Assembly: GCA_951406725.2 (NCBI GenBank)
Contig: OX597831.1
Coordinates: 59,520,001 to 59,584,000, forward strand
DNA from: Octopus vulgaris
Lineage: Eukaryota
Reading direction: 5' to 3'
DNA: 64,000 nucleotides
The notes under the pieces were generated by a model, which was not told where the DNA came from, made no database searches, and worked only from the letters and a program-made list of their open reading frames with translations. Within the stretch, counting starts at the first letter, position 1. Every line of letters begins with the position of its first letter. The position numbers and the translations under genes are program-made. Below, piece by piece: positions 1 to 14,065 of this stretch.

Positions 1-2691
1 GTTTATGAATATCCGAATGAATTATGTGACTCCATATAGTCTTCTGTAACAACGTAATATACTTCTGATACTACCTTTCTGATGTGTTCTTGTTTTTGAA
101 TTGAGAGGAATGGTAATATGTAATAAATTTAATTTAGTTATAATGATAATTATAATTAAATTTCATTGCCAACATAACGTTGTAGTCAAATGTTACTGTT
201 ATGTAGACCCAGGAATAATCGTCTGCAGCTGGCTATACCGACACATTATCTATGTCCTTATATGTTCGGCAAGGGAGTTTAGCATCCCCACTCAGCCCCA
301 TACAATATTTGTGTATCACGATTTCTAGGTTATTTCTCTTCTTCAGCGTGTACATATCTATTTAAGCATACGATGTGTTTCTGAATATATGTATGTATGT
401 ATTATTAACGCAATTAATGTTGCCACATTACATTTTGAAATGCTTCAATTCTAGATAGGTTTTCTTTTGTGACAATTAAATATCACTTCTGTTGTATATA
501 TTGTATATATACTAAATGTAGAATGTAAACGTATTATGAAGTATCAGTAAATATACTTGCATGTTTAACGACCACAGTACCATTTGGTTGCACACTGATA
601 CGGCCACTACGTCTAAAACCCCTCGTATATGTATGGCCTATACAATCGTTTTCTTTTACAACAGAAACTGATTATTAAAAAGGTTCTTACTTCGTGAGAG
701 TTGCATTTACATATGTAGTCAACTGTTGCCGAGACGTTGTGAAGGGTGATAATGTTGCTTTATGTTTTAATCACTGGAACCTGTCTTCGCTAATTTTTCT
801 TCAACACCGGCCATGAGGTTGAATATTTCTCACCCATTTTATTTTGGTCGAGTTTAGTATTTTTAAGCAATTTATTATACCTAAATCTGAAGAGCATTGT
901 TGCATGGATATTTGTAGTTTCAATCTTCCTCTTACGACAAAAAATTCCTGTAGTCCTTGTTAGCCTGAAGAAGCCGCTTTATGGAACACTGTGTTGGAGA
1001 AACCATTTGACTGCACATGCTTGCAGTCAAATGATTACATTAAAGTTTAATTATCTAAAAAATATTTGAAAACGGAGCAGTTATATAACGATATGCAGTT
1101 GTGAAACGTTTTTTGAATTATTAATTCCATTTCCTTTTCTGTTGCATGTGGTTTCATTTTGAAATGTAAGTCTCTCCTTTGCTTCGGAAATCAAATATAT
1201 AGCCCAAAGTACATAAAATTCATTTTGAATACATTATGAAATTTTGTTGAAGGAACGTTGACGTTGTAAATATTTCTATACATCGATCGAAAAGGCTTTA
1301 TGATATTAAAAAAAGTAAAAATAGAAAAGATATAATTTTGAAATGTTCTTTACACATAATATTGGGAATTAATGCCCACACACATAATACATACACGCAT
1401 ACACACGCATATAAATACAAGTGTATATTTGTACGTGCTTTTGTAGCGTATCATATTTATTTCTTAAATAGAATGTTCTAAAATTTTTATCGTAGTTTTA
1501 CCATGATTAACGAGGAAATGTGGATATATTAGACATATTTCATTCCTTTCCTTCTGGAGATTTGGAAAGAATAGCGACTATAATAAAAGTAACAATAACA
1601 GAATGCATATCCTTTAATGAATATATAACACACTTGTATTCAATAATCAAAGTATTATTGCTATTTGTATTGAAGTAATCTGTAAAAGCACATGATAAAA
1701 ATATACAGAAAGAGAATGCACATACATTTTCGTTTATTCGATGCTTAATTTTTTTATTTTCTTTTGAGAGTATCTTTAACTAATCTACTATAGCAAATAT
1801 AAAACTGCGACATCGCTTTCTCAGATGAAGTATTATGTAATTTTAATCATTCCATTAATATCCTGTAAAGATTAATCACATCATTATTGACCTAAACAGA
1901 AATAGGGAAATATAAAAAGTACATTACGATGATATAATTTGCCTTGCTCTTAATAATATTTAATTTAAAACAAAGATATTAACCCATAAATGTGTAGTAA
2001 AACAAAATGCTGCATGCAATTTATGAATTTGCGTCTTATTTATATGTATTTAGACATGTTTTACATCCACATGCTGGTTAAAGAAAAATATGTCTTATAG
2101 AAGAAATGCTCAGCTAATCTCATTAATGTTGTAAATGATATTTTTTGATATCAACATATAATATATAAGACACCCGTTGATTTACTTTTGTCACGAAAAC
2201 CAATTATAAATGGATGATGTACTTATAAATATCCGTAAGTTATACAGTTCTTATTTGAGACAGATGTCAAACAAACGTATCTAAATTTTCACAACACAAA
2301 AAATAGATATATCGCAATCTACTTGGCAACATCATTTAATGTCTACAGAGAAATTGCTACAAAAAAAAGAGAGCCCAGAGGAGACAAAATAAATAACTGA
2401 TACAAAAGATGCGAATGCAGGTACTTGACCACAAATGGTGTCATATGGATATGTGTTAGAAAATTTATATGAAATTTTGACACAAGGCTACGTAGAAGTG
2501 GATCATTGTATTACTAATACAGTTTGTATCAAAACAGTTGTGCATTAAATGTAAAATAAGGCGTGTGGAAAATGTACGAAATATGAAAGTACACACATTA
2601 TATTTGTATGTAACTTTTTCTGCTGATCATCCTAGTTCAAATATATTCCCTAATGGTTCATCTGCCACATAACAATTAGGGACGAGATACA

Positions 2692-2898
2692 TTCCTCCTC
2701 CACTTCCACTCCCTCCCTCCTCCCCCTTCTCTATTCCTCCCCTCCCCTCATCCTCCCTCCTCCCCCATCGCTTCCCCTCCTCCACCTCCACCATTCCTCT
2801 TCAACCTCCCCCATCCTATTGCTACTACTGCTGCTGCTGTTGCTTCTGATGGTGGTGGTGGTGGTGATGATGATGATGATGATAATGATAATGATAAT
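2692..2898. repeat. C/T-rich low-complexity tract followed by (CTG)/(GGT)/(GAT) triplet repeats
   Basis: Visible directly in the sequence. Confidence 0.85.
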
Positions 2899-3438
2899 AT
2901 GCAATATTTTCTTTATCGATCACAAGTGTCGAATACAAAGCAAAAAGGGCAATATAAAGCAAGTGATATGTGGAGCTTAGTGCAAAATTGCATGTACACA
3001 AGAAAACAATAACAATTAAAAAGATTTAAATAAAAAAAATTCATCCAATGAGACAAAAGAACCTCACATCTGCTGGTCACACCGACCGCTAAGAATATTT
3101 TAGGCAGGCACGCATCTCCTCCTCAACGCCTCCGACTAATAAGAGGCAAAACAACCCACAAACACAAAACACGCTCAGTACAGCGATTATCCAGTAAAAT
3201 AAACTTCCATGAGCAACTCAATTAACCAACGCACAATATATGCAGCAAGTATAACAAACATCTGCACCGCACTTGAAGAGAAAACAACTGACACAATACA
3301 ATATCGGGAGAATTTGCACACTCCCAACAACAGGAAAGAACACGCAATGCAACACACTCCAACAACACGTAGGTGTATCAGGTGATGCAGTAGACATTTG
3401 CCTGAAACTATTGTTGAACAATTATATTAATAATATTA

Positions 3439-3760
3439 CGGAGATGTACTCGCATAGCAAGTAATTTGATCTGAGATCGTGTGCTGAAACGAAAACAATT
3501 GCAGCGTAGAAGGTGTTTATAAGCCATTTAAGAAACACACAAAAGCCGTTCGATTCACTTCAACATTTAAGTTTAATTTGTCAAAATATTTTCGTCGCTA
3601 AAATCCGCGACCTGTTCACTGACAAAAATGCACGTCAGATGCAGCCCGGATTTTTGTCAGTGAACAGGTCGCGGATTTTAGCGACGAAAATATTTTGACA
3701 AATTAAACTTAAATGTTGAAGTGAATCGAACGGCTTTTGTGTGTTTCTTGCTGCAATTGT
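3439..3760. mobile_element. Solo Penelope-type pseudo-LTR remnant with internal foldback
   Basis: 3530-3629 is the exact reverse complement of 3650-3749 (20-nt spacer), and 3495-3505 is the reverse complement of 3750-3760. Carries a hammerhead-like motif. TATATTAATAATA occurs at both 3423-3435 and 3760-3772 (possible TSD). Confidence 0.65.
3653..3702 (+). ncRNA. Minimal type I hammerhead ribozyme variant (G3-C8 core); mirror copy on minus strand at 3577-3626
   Basis: TTTGTCA [GTGAACA] G GTCGC-ggatttta-GCGAC [GAAA] ATAT TT TGACAAA: 7-bp stem I, 5-bp stem II, palindromic stem III. Confidence 0.65.
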
Positions 3761-3849
3761 ATATTAATAATAATAATTCATAAAATCAAATCTCCTGACA
3801 AATGGCATCAGCGTCACCCTGAGGCTATAACTAAGGGAGAAGATGTAAC

Positions 3850-4250
3850 GATTCCTTGAGACTTTCCAGTACATACAGACGTGAGCATCAAAGCTAATAA
3901 ACCAGATATTGTTATGAAAGACCAAACAATAAAACCTATTTATTGAGAGACATGCCCATAGCTTGTGATCATAATATCTCGGCAAAAGAATTTGATGAGC
4001 TCAGAAAATGTAAAGATTTGCTGATTGAAATCGGAAAAAATACGTCATCTCAAGACGGTTACAACAGCAGTGATTGCAAGATAACTTGGAAGGAACAAAA
4101 GAGGAAAAGAAAATCAATTTCGGACAAGGGATGATTGGATGATCCTTGGCTTACAATCCGTACACAAACTATTAAGAAGATGCTTTGTGGTTTACCATCC
4201 ATTCACATGTATTGAGAAGAGCAATGTCGCTGTGAATTTTCTTTCCTTTT
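3850..4250 (+). mobile_element. R4/Dong-like non-LTR retrotransposon 3' fragment (restriction-like endonuclease), degenerate
   Basis: Translates (with frameshifts) as FPVHTDVSIKANKPDIVMKDQ...DHNISAKEFDELRKCKDLLIEI, a PD..D REL motif. Homologous to 26430-27003 and followed by (TAA)n. Confidence 0.8.
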
Positions 4251-4442
4251 CCCAATTTACTTGCTTTGTTTTGGTCTTCATTTCTTTCTATTTTCCTTCT
4301 TTCCTTCGTCTTTCTTTCTTTCTTCCCCTTCTTTTTCTATCACACGTCTTTGTGAATTAACAACCCGGTGTGTTTATTTGAATGGTTTATTTGAATGGTT
4401 GGTAAGATACTCGGAAAGAAATGGAAGCATAATTGAAAGAAG

Positions 4443-4521
<79 letters not shown>

Positions 4522-4537
4522 CAACAACAACAACAAC

Positions 4538-4600
<63 letters not shown>
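4443..4600. repeat. (AAT)n/(AAC)n microsatellite
   Basis: Visible directly. Confidence 0.95.
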
Positions 4601-5716
4601 CTATTAATAATCTACTATTGGGGGAGTGAATTTTTTTAACACCAAATTCTCGCAAATTTAAATATTGAATTCACTGCGTCCAATTTTTCATAAAACTAAA
4701 TAATCATTGTTTTCACTGTGGAGTAGATTATAATGTTTAATAACAAATACTATTAATTCGTTGCAGGCACTATTTTACGTAATCATTTGCAACACTTTGT
4801 CATTCTCTCTCACCTCCATTTTCATGAATGATAATATAATAATACCTGTAAAACTTTGATACGAGACACAATTTCAAGAATATCAACAGTTTCTGGAGTT
4901 TGTTAAATGACATGTTTTGACACAATGAAACTTCTTTAATATACCGGTATTTTTATTTTTAATAAAGAAGTGATGGCTGACCGTTAGTAAAGAGAGACAT
5001 ACAAATAAGAAAGAAGAAAACAAAGAACTTCTTGATAAGAATGAACGCAATATTTTCTATACGAATCTGATATCAATTACAAGTGTCCTTTAATATGATT
5101 TTCTGAATTATCAGAAATATTAGAATACATTATATATTACTTTATACTGGTATGTTTTTGTATTGCGAGCGAGAATATGTAATATACAACGATGGTAAGA
5201 ACACTTATATTGTTGTGCTTGTAATATATACTAGGTCAGTTAAGAATGAAAGGTACGTAGTTAGGGAGTTCAGGACAGGTGCTTCTATCTTTTCTCTCCC
5301 ATCTATCTGTGGTCGTGTAGATCGTCGTAGCGACATAAATATGGTGTATGACATTGTAAAATAGAAGGAAATAATTTTTGAGGATATCCCATTCTCCATT
5401 CTCTATCGTTATAATTATTGCAAATATACACTCCAGATAATACTACCATCGATCGAAGCGAACATGAGATTAGAAATCGGAGGAATCTAAAACAAGAGTG
5501 ACAACTCCTAATAGTAACAGACGTTAAATACTAATCGATGTGGTAAGTCGCAACCTGGAATATAACAGATAGCTAGCACGGTATCCGCCACATAATAAAT
5601 GCCCTAAACTCACAAACATACACACATACTCACACACATGCAGGCGCGCACACACATACACGTGTATATATATATTTATTTACATATATATATACATATA
5701 TATATATATATTTAGT

Positions 5717-5758
<42 letters not shown>

Positions 5759-5869
5759 TGTGTATGTCTGTCTGTCTGTTGTATGTATGTTTATGTATCT
5801 ATCTATCTGTATGTATGTATGTAGTATGTATCTATCTATCTATCTATACGTCGTGTCTGTATGTTGTTG

Positions 5870-5944
<75 letters not shown>

Positions 5945-5948
<4 letters not shown>

Positions 5949-6281
5949 CCTCCCCTCGGTCACAACACAGACCATGGGACTGCACATAGAAAGTTACCCA
6001 CCCAGGCACAAGTCCGGGCAAGGTTGTTTACGGAAGACGAGCAGTCGCCTGCGCATACCGGCCTGCCCTCTCCACGCCACCAATGTTAACCAAGGGAAAG
6101 GCAAAGGCCGATACAGCTTGGCATTTGTGACGTCGCGACTCATTTGTACACCTGAGTGAATTGGAGCAACGCGAAATAAAGTGTCTTGCTCAAGACGTCA
6201 ACACGCAACCCGGTCCGGGATTGGAACTCACAACCTCACGATCGTAACCTCGATGCTCTAACCACTGAGCCATGGGCCTTC
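5945..6281 (-). mobile_element. tRNA-derived SINE
   Basis: Minus-strand head GGCCCATGGCTCAGTGGTTAGAG (box A) and GAGTTCCAATCCC (box B), followed by TCTTGAGCAAGACACTT. Sits between (TA)n and (CA)n. Confidence 0.8.
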
Positions 6282-7630
6282 ACACACACACACATACACA
6301 CACGCACATATACTTGCATGATACTTCGCATTTCCAAGGTACAACAGCTCCTTCACTGCCTCTCCAAATTGCATACAATTTACCCTTTGTAAAACATGTT
6401 TGCTTTTCATATTTACATTTCTGCTATAATTTTTAGTTATTATTTTTCCACGAAAACAACATTTGGAATGGTTTGTATATTTTAGATACTGCCATAAACC
6501 ACAGTTGAATTTGCTTTATAGATGCTTAGTATTGGTAATGGTAAAGTAATTACTTCATCGATTTTAGCTTAATAGAATTTGAGATAATTCTAGCAATATA
6601 TGTCCGGAAAGATAATATGAAATCGCCTATGATTAAAGGCAGAATTTATGCAAGATTATATCGGACTCCTAAAATTGATGTTTTGTTAATGGAAGAGAAC
6701 ATGTAATAATACAATATATGAAGCAGAAGTTTATTCCAGTTCAATATAAATATCGGATACAATAACTTAGAGTTTTATCAGATGCTAGAAAGGTTACAGG
6801 CATAAGAATGGTAATGTATGTTAAAAACGTATGGAATACTTTTCTATACATCAATATATACTTACATCAAAGTCAATACTTCCAGGATATTTCTTGAAAC
6901 TTTTGCATTATGTTCGTTTGAAAATTAATAATTTTGTACTTCATTAAATAATTTTATGTTTTTACTCGTTATTACTATAATGTAAAAAATATATACTTTA
7001 AAACATATTGATGTTCATTAGTCTTGCCAATTTTAAATTTGGAAAAATGGATAGCTTCTTCCCTTTGTCCAATTTACATTAATACGTTCTAAACAAAATA
7101 TAGGAAATAAAGAAGAGTCAGTGAAACATAGAGCACCTGGGCTCTTAGCTATAATTATTTTTGTATATTTTCATATAAAATGAATATATTTATTTATCAG
7201 TTTTATGTTTATCTCTTTTTCCAAACGCGGGAGAAGCGTACAGAAGAGTTCTTCTGAAGATGAAGTAAAAATCATTTCTCGTATTCTAAATGAGGAAAAG
7301 ATTAAGCAATAAAATTTTACTTTAAGTTTTTAATCAAAGTTACTGTGAACATAGAAAGCTTTTAAGGAAAATCAATAACAGCAAACGATATTAGTCTACA
7401 TTGTTTAACTTCTAATGGAAAATTCCTCAGCAGATTCAAAGACAGAGATAAAACATTTGTATTTGTTTCTTGATTTTCACAATGAACTTTTCTGAAATAA
7501 AAGTTTTCACATCCATAAATGTAACTTAATTTCATTAACAACGCTTTCCTGGAACAGGTTTTTTTTGTCCTTGAAATTTTTTCATATAATACGAGGTCTC
7601 AAATGGAAATATTTCCCAAAATTTGTTGTA

Positions 7631-7704
<74 letters not shown>

Positions 7705-7987
7705 ATATAAAAGTAGATACATGGTACAACAAGGCACCGATATTTACTGGAAAATAGCAATCGATATAAATACGACGCCATTGTATAGCTTCACTGCGTA
7801 TATTCAAGCAAAGATGTGTGTTTGCAACAAACATGAAAAAAATCTGTCTTACCTCTAGGAAGAACAATCGTTAAATGGACAACCTAGAATCGGATAATGC
7901 CGGACCGGTTTCTAACTCTTCAAATAAGTTTGACAACGTAAATTTAATTAGTCTTCCTCAGCTGCATTATATTGCATTATTATTTTC

Positions 7988-8018
<31 letters not shown>

Positions 8019-8139
8019 GGGAATACGAAGAAGTCAAGTCCTCATTAGGTATTACATAATCCAAGGTATTCCACGGGTTCAATCTCTATCATAGAACGGC
8101 ATATGTTTAGGATTATTGGAATTATAAATATTGAGGGAA

Positions 8140-10082
8140 AAACAAGAAGAATAAAATGGAGAATAAATTGATATAATTATTGATTTATTTGCGTGTTGTA
8201 TAGAGATAAGTTTTTTTGTCAAAAAAAGCATTACAAATAAATTGGAAGTTGAAAACTCAAAAAACAAAAATTAAGAAAAAACTTAAAAAGGACCTATATA
8301 TATGTATCTTTTCAAAACAATAAGTATTTAGGAATTTCCAAACGTTGTTTAATTTCAAGAACATTGACACATTCTTACTATTTCATGGTTGTAATTATTC
8401 AGGGTTCAAAAATAGTTAACTCCACTTAGGTTTGAGGGAAGTGTTTAGTATTAGTAAGTTGAAGTTGAAGTCTATGTTTAGAGATACTATTTGATTGGTA
8501 GGTTTTGATTCTTCGTGGATATTTTTATATAAAATCAATTCTGTGTGTATGTGTGTGTGTCCTCTAGGATCTAAGGCATCCTCCATCCGATTGCGTTCGT
8601 ATTTGATATGTCGATACCGACGATATCAGGACATGTATAGGTCTTGAAAAAATTTCAATAATCGATTCCATGTGAGAATACGATCGATAAAGCTGTGGGA
8701 ACGTGCATTTTTACGCGCAGGTACATCAGCTGTTGTGATCGATACTACGCGTACGCGAGAAAATTTGCACGTAAAGTTTGCGCAAAAAAGTTGGCTGGCT
8801 TGAAATAATTCCACAAAATGCAGTATATTAAAGAGACCTAAAAAGTCAGATGCAAAAGAGATATTTTCTTCAAACTTGGCATGGAGAAAGGAAAGACTAT
8901 TTGATTTCTCAAGAATTTTTTTTTTTTGCCTTAACTTCGATTAACAATACCAGAAATTTTATAGAAATAAAGGCATGCTTAATTATTTGTTAATGAAATG
9001 AAAAACTGTTTGCTTTTTATTCAGCAGATATGTTTCAGCACCGTCCGTTCGATGGGGGGGGGGGCGTTTTGCTCGTACTATATACTTATACAAATATTGT
9101 AATTAATAAACAGATAAATACACAGAAAAAGAAAAAGAAAATTATAAAGAGAAATAAAAAAATAAAATAAAAAATAAAAATAAATAAATTTAACATACAA
9201 AGAAACTAAATTCCATAGATGATTCTTATTGTTTTAGTAAGAGATGCATATATTGTCGTGATTCAGGATGGATAGAAATTTGAAAAAGCCGTTGTAATGC
9301 TTGGTCAGTTGAAGCGTACTGATCGACCGGGATCGGTTAAGGTATGTAGGTAAATATCAAGTTTATAGTGGTTTATACGTATTGTAATTGAGCCTATATT
9401 TGCAGAAAATAAATAAATAAAATAAAATAAATATATAAACATACATATGAACACGTGTATATCTGCACACATAGGTGCATGCATATATATAAACATAAAT
9501 CAGAAGCATAAACACATGTATGCACATAAATATGTTATATGCCGGGGACACAGAAAAGCACACTTATATAGGCAGGAAAATGGACGAAATATAGCGAAAA
9601 AGAAGTCTTATAGGGAAAATAAATGTTGGGGGAGTTCTAATAGGTATTTAATTTATAGGTAGATTATAAGTATACGTGAAATAGTAGATGCTTCAATTAG
9701 ATTTAATATTAGTAATACAAGACTTTAGGAAGACCCGTGGAGGACAGATTAACGAAAGATAGGAGACAAAAGGAGAATATTGTTAATAATATATAAATTA
9801 ATTATGTTTGAGTTCATTCTAGACGTCTTTGATATAAATAAAACTAGAAATAGGTGTTATGTTAATAGCACTAAAGAGTAGGAAACTAGGATAAGAATAT
9901 ATCGAGGTTCCAATTAGGAAATTAGTTACTATAAAAACGATATGTTTAGCGGGTGTGATATTAATATACTAAAGAAAGCGCTAGACAAGGGAAAATAAGA
10001 TTACTAAGAGTAAGAATAAGGTGATTATATTATCTATATATCGTGAAAGAAGATCGGTGTGCACCACCTTCTTTGAATATAT

Positions 10083-10124
<42 letters not shown>

Positions 10125-10393
10125 TACATATGTTGAGGTGTAATGGCCCAGTGCTTAGGGCAGCGGACTCGCGGTCGTAGGATCTCGATTTTGATTCCCA
10201 GACCGGGCGTTGTGAGTGTCTATTGAGCAAAAACACCTAAAAGCTCCACGATCCCCGACAGGTGCGGGGGATCCCTGATGTACTCTTTCACAACTCTTTC
10301 TCTCACTCTTTCTTCTGTTGGCCTGCTCGGCGTCATTCGAAGGCTAAAACCAGCGATGTGTAGCACATCTGATGGTCTGGTTGGCCACATGAT

Positions 10394-10432
<39 letters not shown>

Positions 10433-12300
10433 AACCAACGCCAAGGACCGCCACGCACGCAACAAAACCAAAACTCCCATTAGACAATCTCCTGCAAAAA
10501 GATGTTGGGTCCAGTGACAAAAAGTGGGCACAAGATGTGAACTTTAAATGATTACTGTAATGAATATAAACACCATCTAAGATTACATTGAAGAAAAAAG
10601 GGGATTGATTCATATGTGCATCGTACAGAAAAGTTTGCATGGAATCATGTATCATATGAAAATAAACAAAATCAGCGAGTTAAAAAAACATCTCATGGTA
10701 CCTATATTATTACTTAGGATGTCAAAAATGATGAACTATATGACACCGCGCTTCATGAGAAAAGTATGTTGTTATCTATAAATTTAGGAATAAATAAATA
10801 AATAAATAGAAAGATGAAATGATGAATGTGATACTGAAAGAAAATAAAATATATATGAAGATAAGTATTAATTTATAGGTAGATAAGTGAAAAGTAGGTG
10901 TGATGTTAATATTTAAAAAAACCGATACAGAAGAAAAAATAAGAATAATGGAAGAAGGATACGATGATTAGATTATCTATATATTGTGAAAGAAAGTCGG
11001 TGTGCACCGGTTTCTTTGGATATATAAAGACCTATGCGAAACCTATCTGCCTTATAGTTACTAGTCTCTTAACTGGAACCTCGATATATTCTCGTCCTAG
11101 TTTCTTGCTCTTTATCGCTATTATCGGAACATCTATCTCTATTTTTATTTATATAAAACCCGTGTACAACAAACTCAAACATAATTAATTTATAGATTAA
11201 CAGCTATATCCTCCTTTTCTCGCCTATTTTGGTTAATTTGTCCTCCACAAATCTTCCTAGCATCTTTGATTACTAATATTAAATCAAGTTTGGTTTTTAA
11301 ACATCTACTATTTCACTTAACCTATTAGAACATCCCCCACTTTTTATTTCCATATACACACCCTGTTTCCTGTATATTTGGTCCATTTCCCTAAGTGTAT
11401 AAGCATGTTTTTTCTTTGTCCTTATACATAGACCGGCATATATTTTTTAAAATATTTTTTTATATATATGTGAATACGTGTGTTTATGTTTATGGTTTAT
11501 TTTTATCTATACACATGCATCAATGTGCTCAAGTATACATGTGTTCATATGCATGTTTATTTATGTATTTTATTTATTTTCTGCTCATATATGCTCAATT
11601 AGAATACGTATGAGCTACTATATACTTGGTATTTCCTATTCTCGTCAACTGCATTCAAATATGTACTTACGTACCTTAACCAATACCTGTCGATAAGTAA
11701 GCTTCAACTGGTCAAGAATTACTACAGCTTTTTCAAATTTCTATCCATCCTGAATCATGACAATATATGCATCTCTCATTAAACCAAGTATCATCCATAG
11801 AATTAAATTTCTTCTTATATTAAATTTATTTATTTTTAATTTTATTGTCAGTTTCTTTTATTTTAAGTTTTCTATTTATTTATCTGTTTATTAATTATAT
11901 TTTGTATATGTATGAAGTATATCCAAAAATAATCACAACCTACCAATGAAACGGAGTCTGTAAACAGTTTTTAACTTTAACCTGCTAACACTACAAACTT
12001 CCCTCAAAAGATTTAATGACCATCTAATTGGAGATGAGTGTTTTTGAAACCTGAAGTCCAACCAAAATTAGTATGTATGTAGCAATTTTCTTAACATTAA
12101 ACATGTTTTGGAAATACCAATCTAATTATTGGTTTGACAGTAATATATATGTAGGATCTTCTTAGGTTTTTTTCCTAACATTTTGAGCTTCCAACTTCCA
12201 ATTTATCTGTAAAGTTTTTTCTTTCAGAAACATCTTTCTCCAACATGCAAATATATCAGTAATTACATACATTTATTCTCCATTTTCTTCTCTTCTTTTC
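8140..12300. repeat. Old diverged inverted duplication of an AT-rich repeat
   Basis: 8140-8450 matches the reverse complement of ~11990-12300, and 9075-9950 matches the reverse complement of ~11035-11920 (e.g. GAGATGCATATATTGTC.TGATTCAGGATGGATAGAAATTTGAAAAAGC). 9945-10075 is also repeated directly at 10895-11015. Confidence 0.8.
10137..10400 (+). mobile_element. tRNA-derived SINE
   Basis: TGGCCCAGTGCTTAGG box A and a degenerate box B. CCGGGCGTTGTG..TATT.AGC.AAAACACCTAAA is shared with the copy at 37580-37862. Inserted in (TA)n. Confidence 0.75.
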
Positions 12301-12327
12301 CCCTATACATCTATATATGTATATGTC

Positions 12328-12358
12328 TATCTCTCTCTCTCTCTCTCTCTCTCTCACT

Positions 12359-12389
<31 letters not shown>

Positions 12390-12421
12390 GTATATATATA
12401 TAGACATATATATATATATAT

Positions 12422-12518
<97 letters not shown>

Positions 12519-12535
12519 TATATAGACATATATAC
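12328..12535. repeat. Compound (CT)n(CA)n(TA)n microsatellite
   Basis: Visible directly. Confidence 0.95.
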
Positions 12536-14003
12536 ATAAGTGTGATTAGATATGTGTGTGTTTGTATTTGATTGAATATTTCTCTATAAATATAAACTAT
12601 ATACTTAAACCATAAACATTTTCTAGTCATAACTATATTTGAAGTAACATCCTGCTACATGAATAGACGTTAAGTCACCCGATATAAATCTAAGTGAAAT
12701 AAATTTTTGTAACATATTTTCCATTGAACTAGGATTGCATCAGTCAGATTCGGATTTTATGACCAGCTATCGTACCGCGAGAGAACCCCAAATTAAGAGT
12801 TGTTAAATTACTTACGGGAGCCATTATTAAACAGCGTTAACTCTGTGTGGTGAGAGAAAATATAGATATCTGTTATAAACTTCAGTATGATCGGATGTGG
12901 AATTTTGTTTTTAAATATTTAGTGAAAGAAAAATATTAGCATACTTGATGAAATAGTGACAGCAATATTCCTAGATAATTTACAAAATTGTGCATTTATT
13001 TGTATGGAAAATACATTTGTTTGAAACAAGCTTATCCTATAGATATCAACCAAAAGTGACATTTGAAAACTACCATTTTATTTAATATAACGCTTCATGT
13101 CCATTAACAAAATTGATCAAAAATAATTATGAATTTAGATAATTGTATTAATATAATTGAAAAATTGTTTTTGTTATTTGGATATATACTACAAAATATA
13201 TGACTTCACTTTTTATAATATTAGCTCTCATCCACAGACCTTCTGATAATGTAATGTAATAATCAACAAATGTACTTAGGGATACAAAAGGGAAACCTGA
13301 TCGAAGCAAACAGTTTACAGTATATTTTACATAAAATATATTACAAAAAATAACATGTTTCAGTATATTTATGTTATATTATCTCAATCAGAACAAAAGT
13401 TCTGTCTCAAAAATCTATATCCACATTTTGCATTTTCAACTGCGTATATTCAGCTGAGTTTGTTCCTCAGCATCTAGTTCGTACTTGATCATTTCTAGAG
13501 GCTGCTAGGCATCTTAAGATTAGAAGTCAACCGACAATGAACCGTAAATAAATGCAACAGATAACTGATATAACAATCATAAATGCACTTTCCGAGTGGA
13601 ACAATGGAATTGGGAATTATAAAACTATTGCGACCACATATCGGGACAGTCAAGGCTATGTAGCTGGGAAACGTAAGCGTAACTATGATGTTGGGAAGAC
13701 CTCAGAGCAAATATTTAATTTTGGTTTAGATCTAGTAAAGTCGCTGGCGGTTTTTGCCATAACTAATAGGAGAGAAATATATAAAAAGGGGTGTGTTAAA
13801 GGGTGAAATGTGCGGGTACTCACCTGATCACCGCCTCTCACTTCCTGCCTATACACACACACTCACATGAACACATACACACAAACACACACACACACAT
13901 ACACTCTCTCGAACATGCACCCGCGTACATGTACATACAACAGGAATACACATACGTAATAAATATAAAAACAGAAAACGTAATTGGTAATTTCAGTTTT
14001 ATA

Positions 14004-14065
<62 letters not shown>

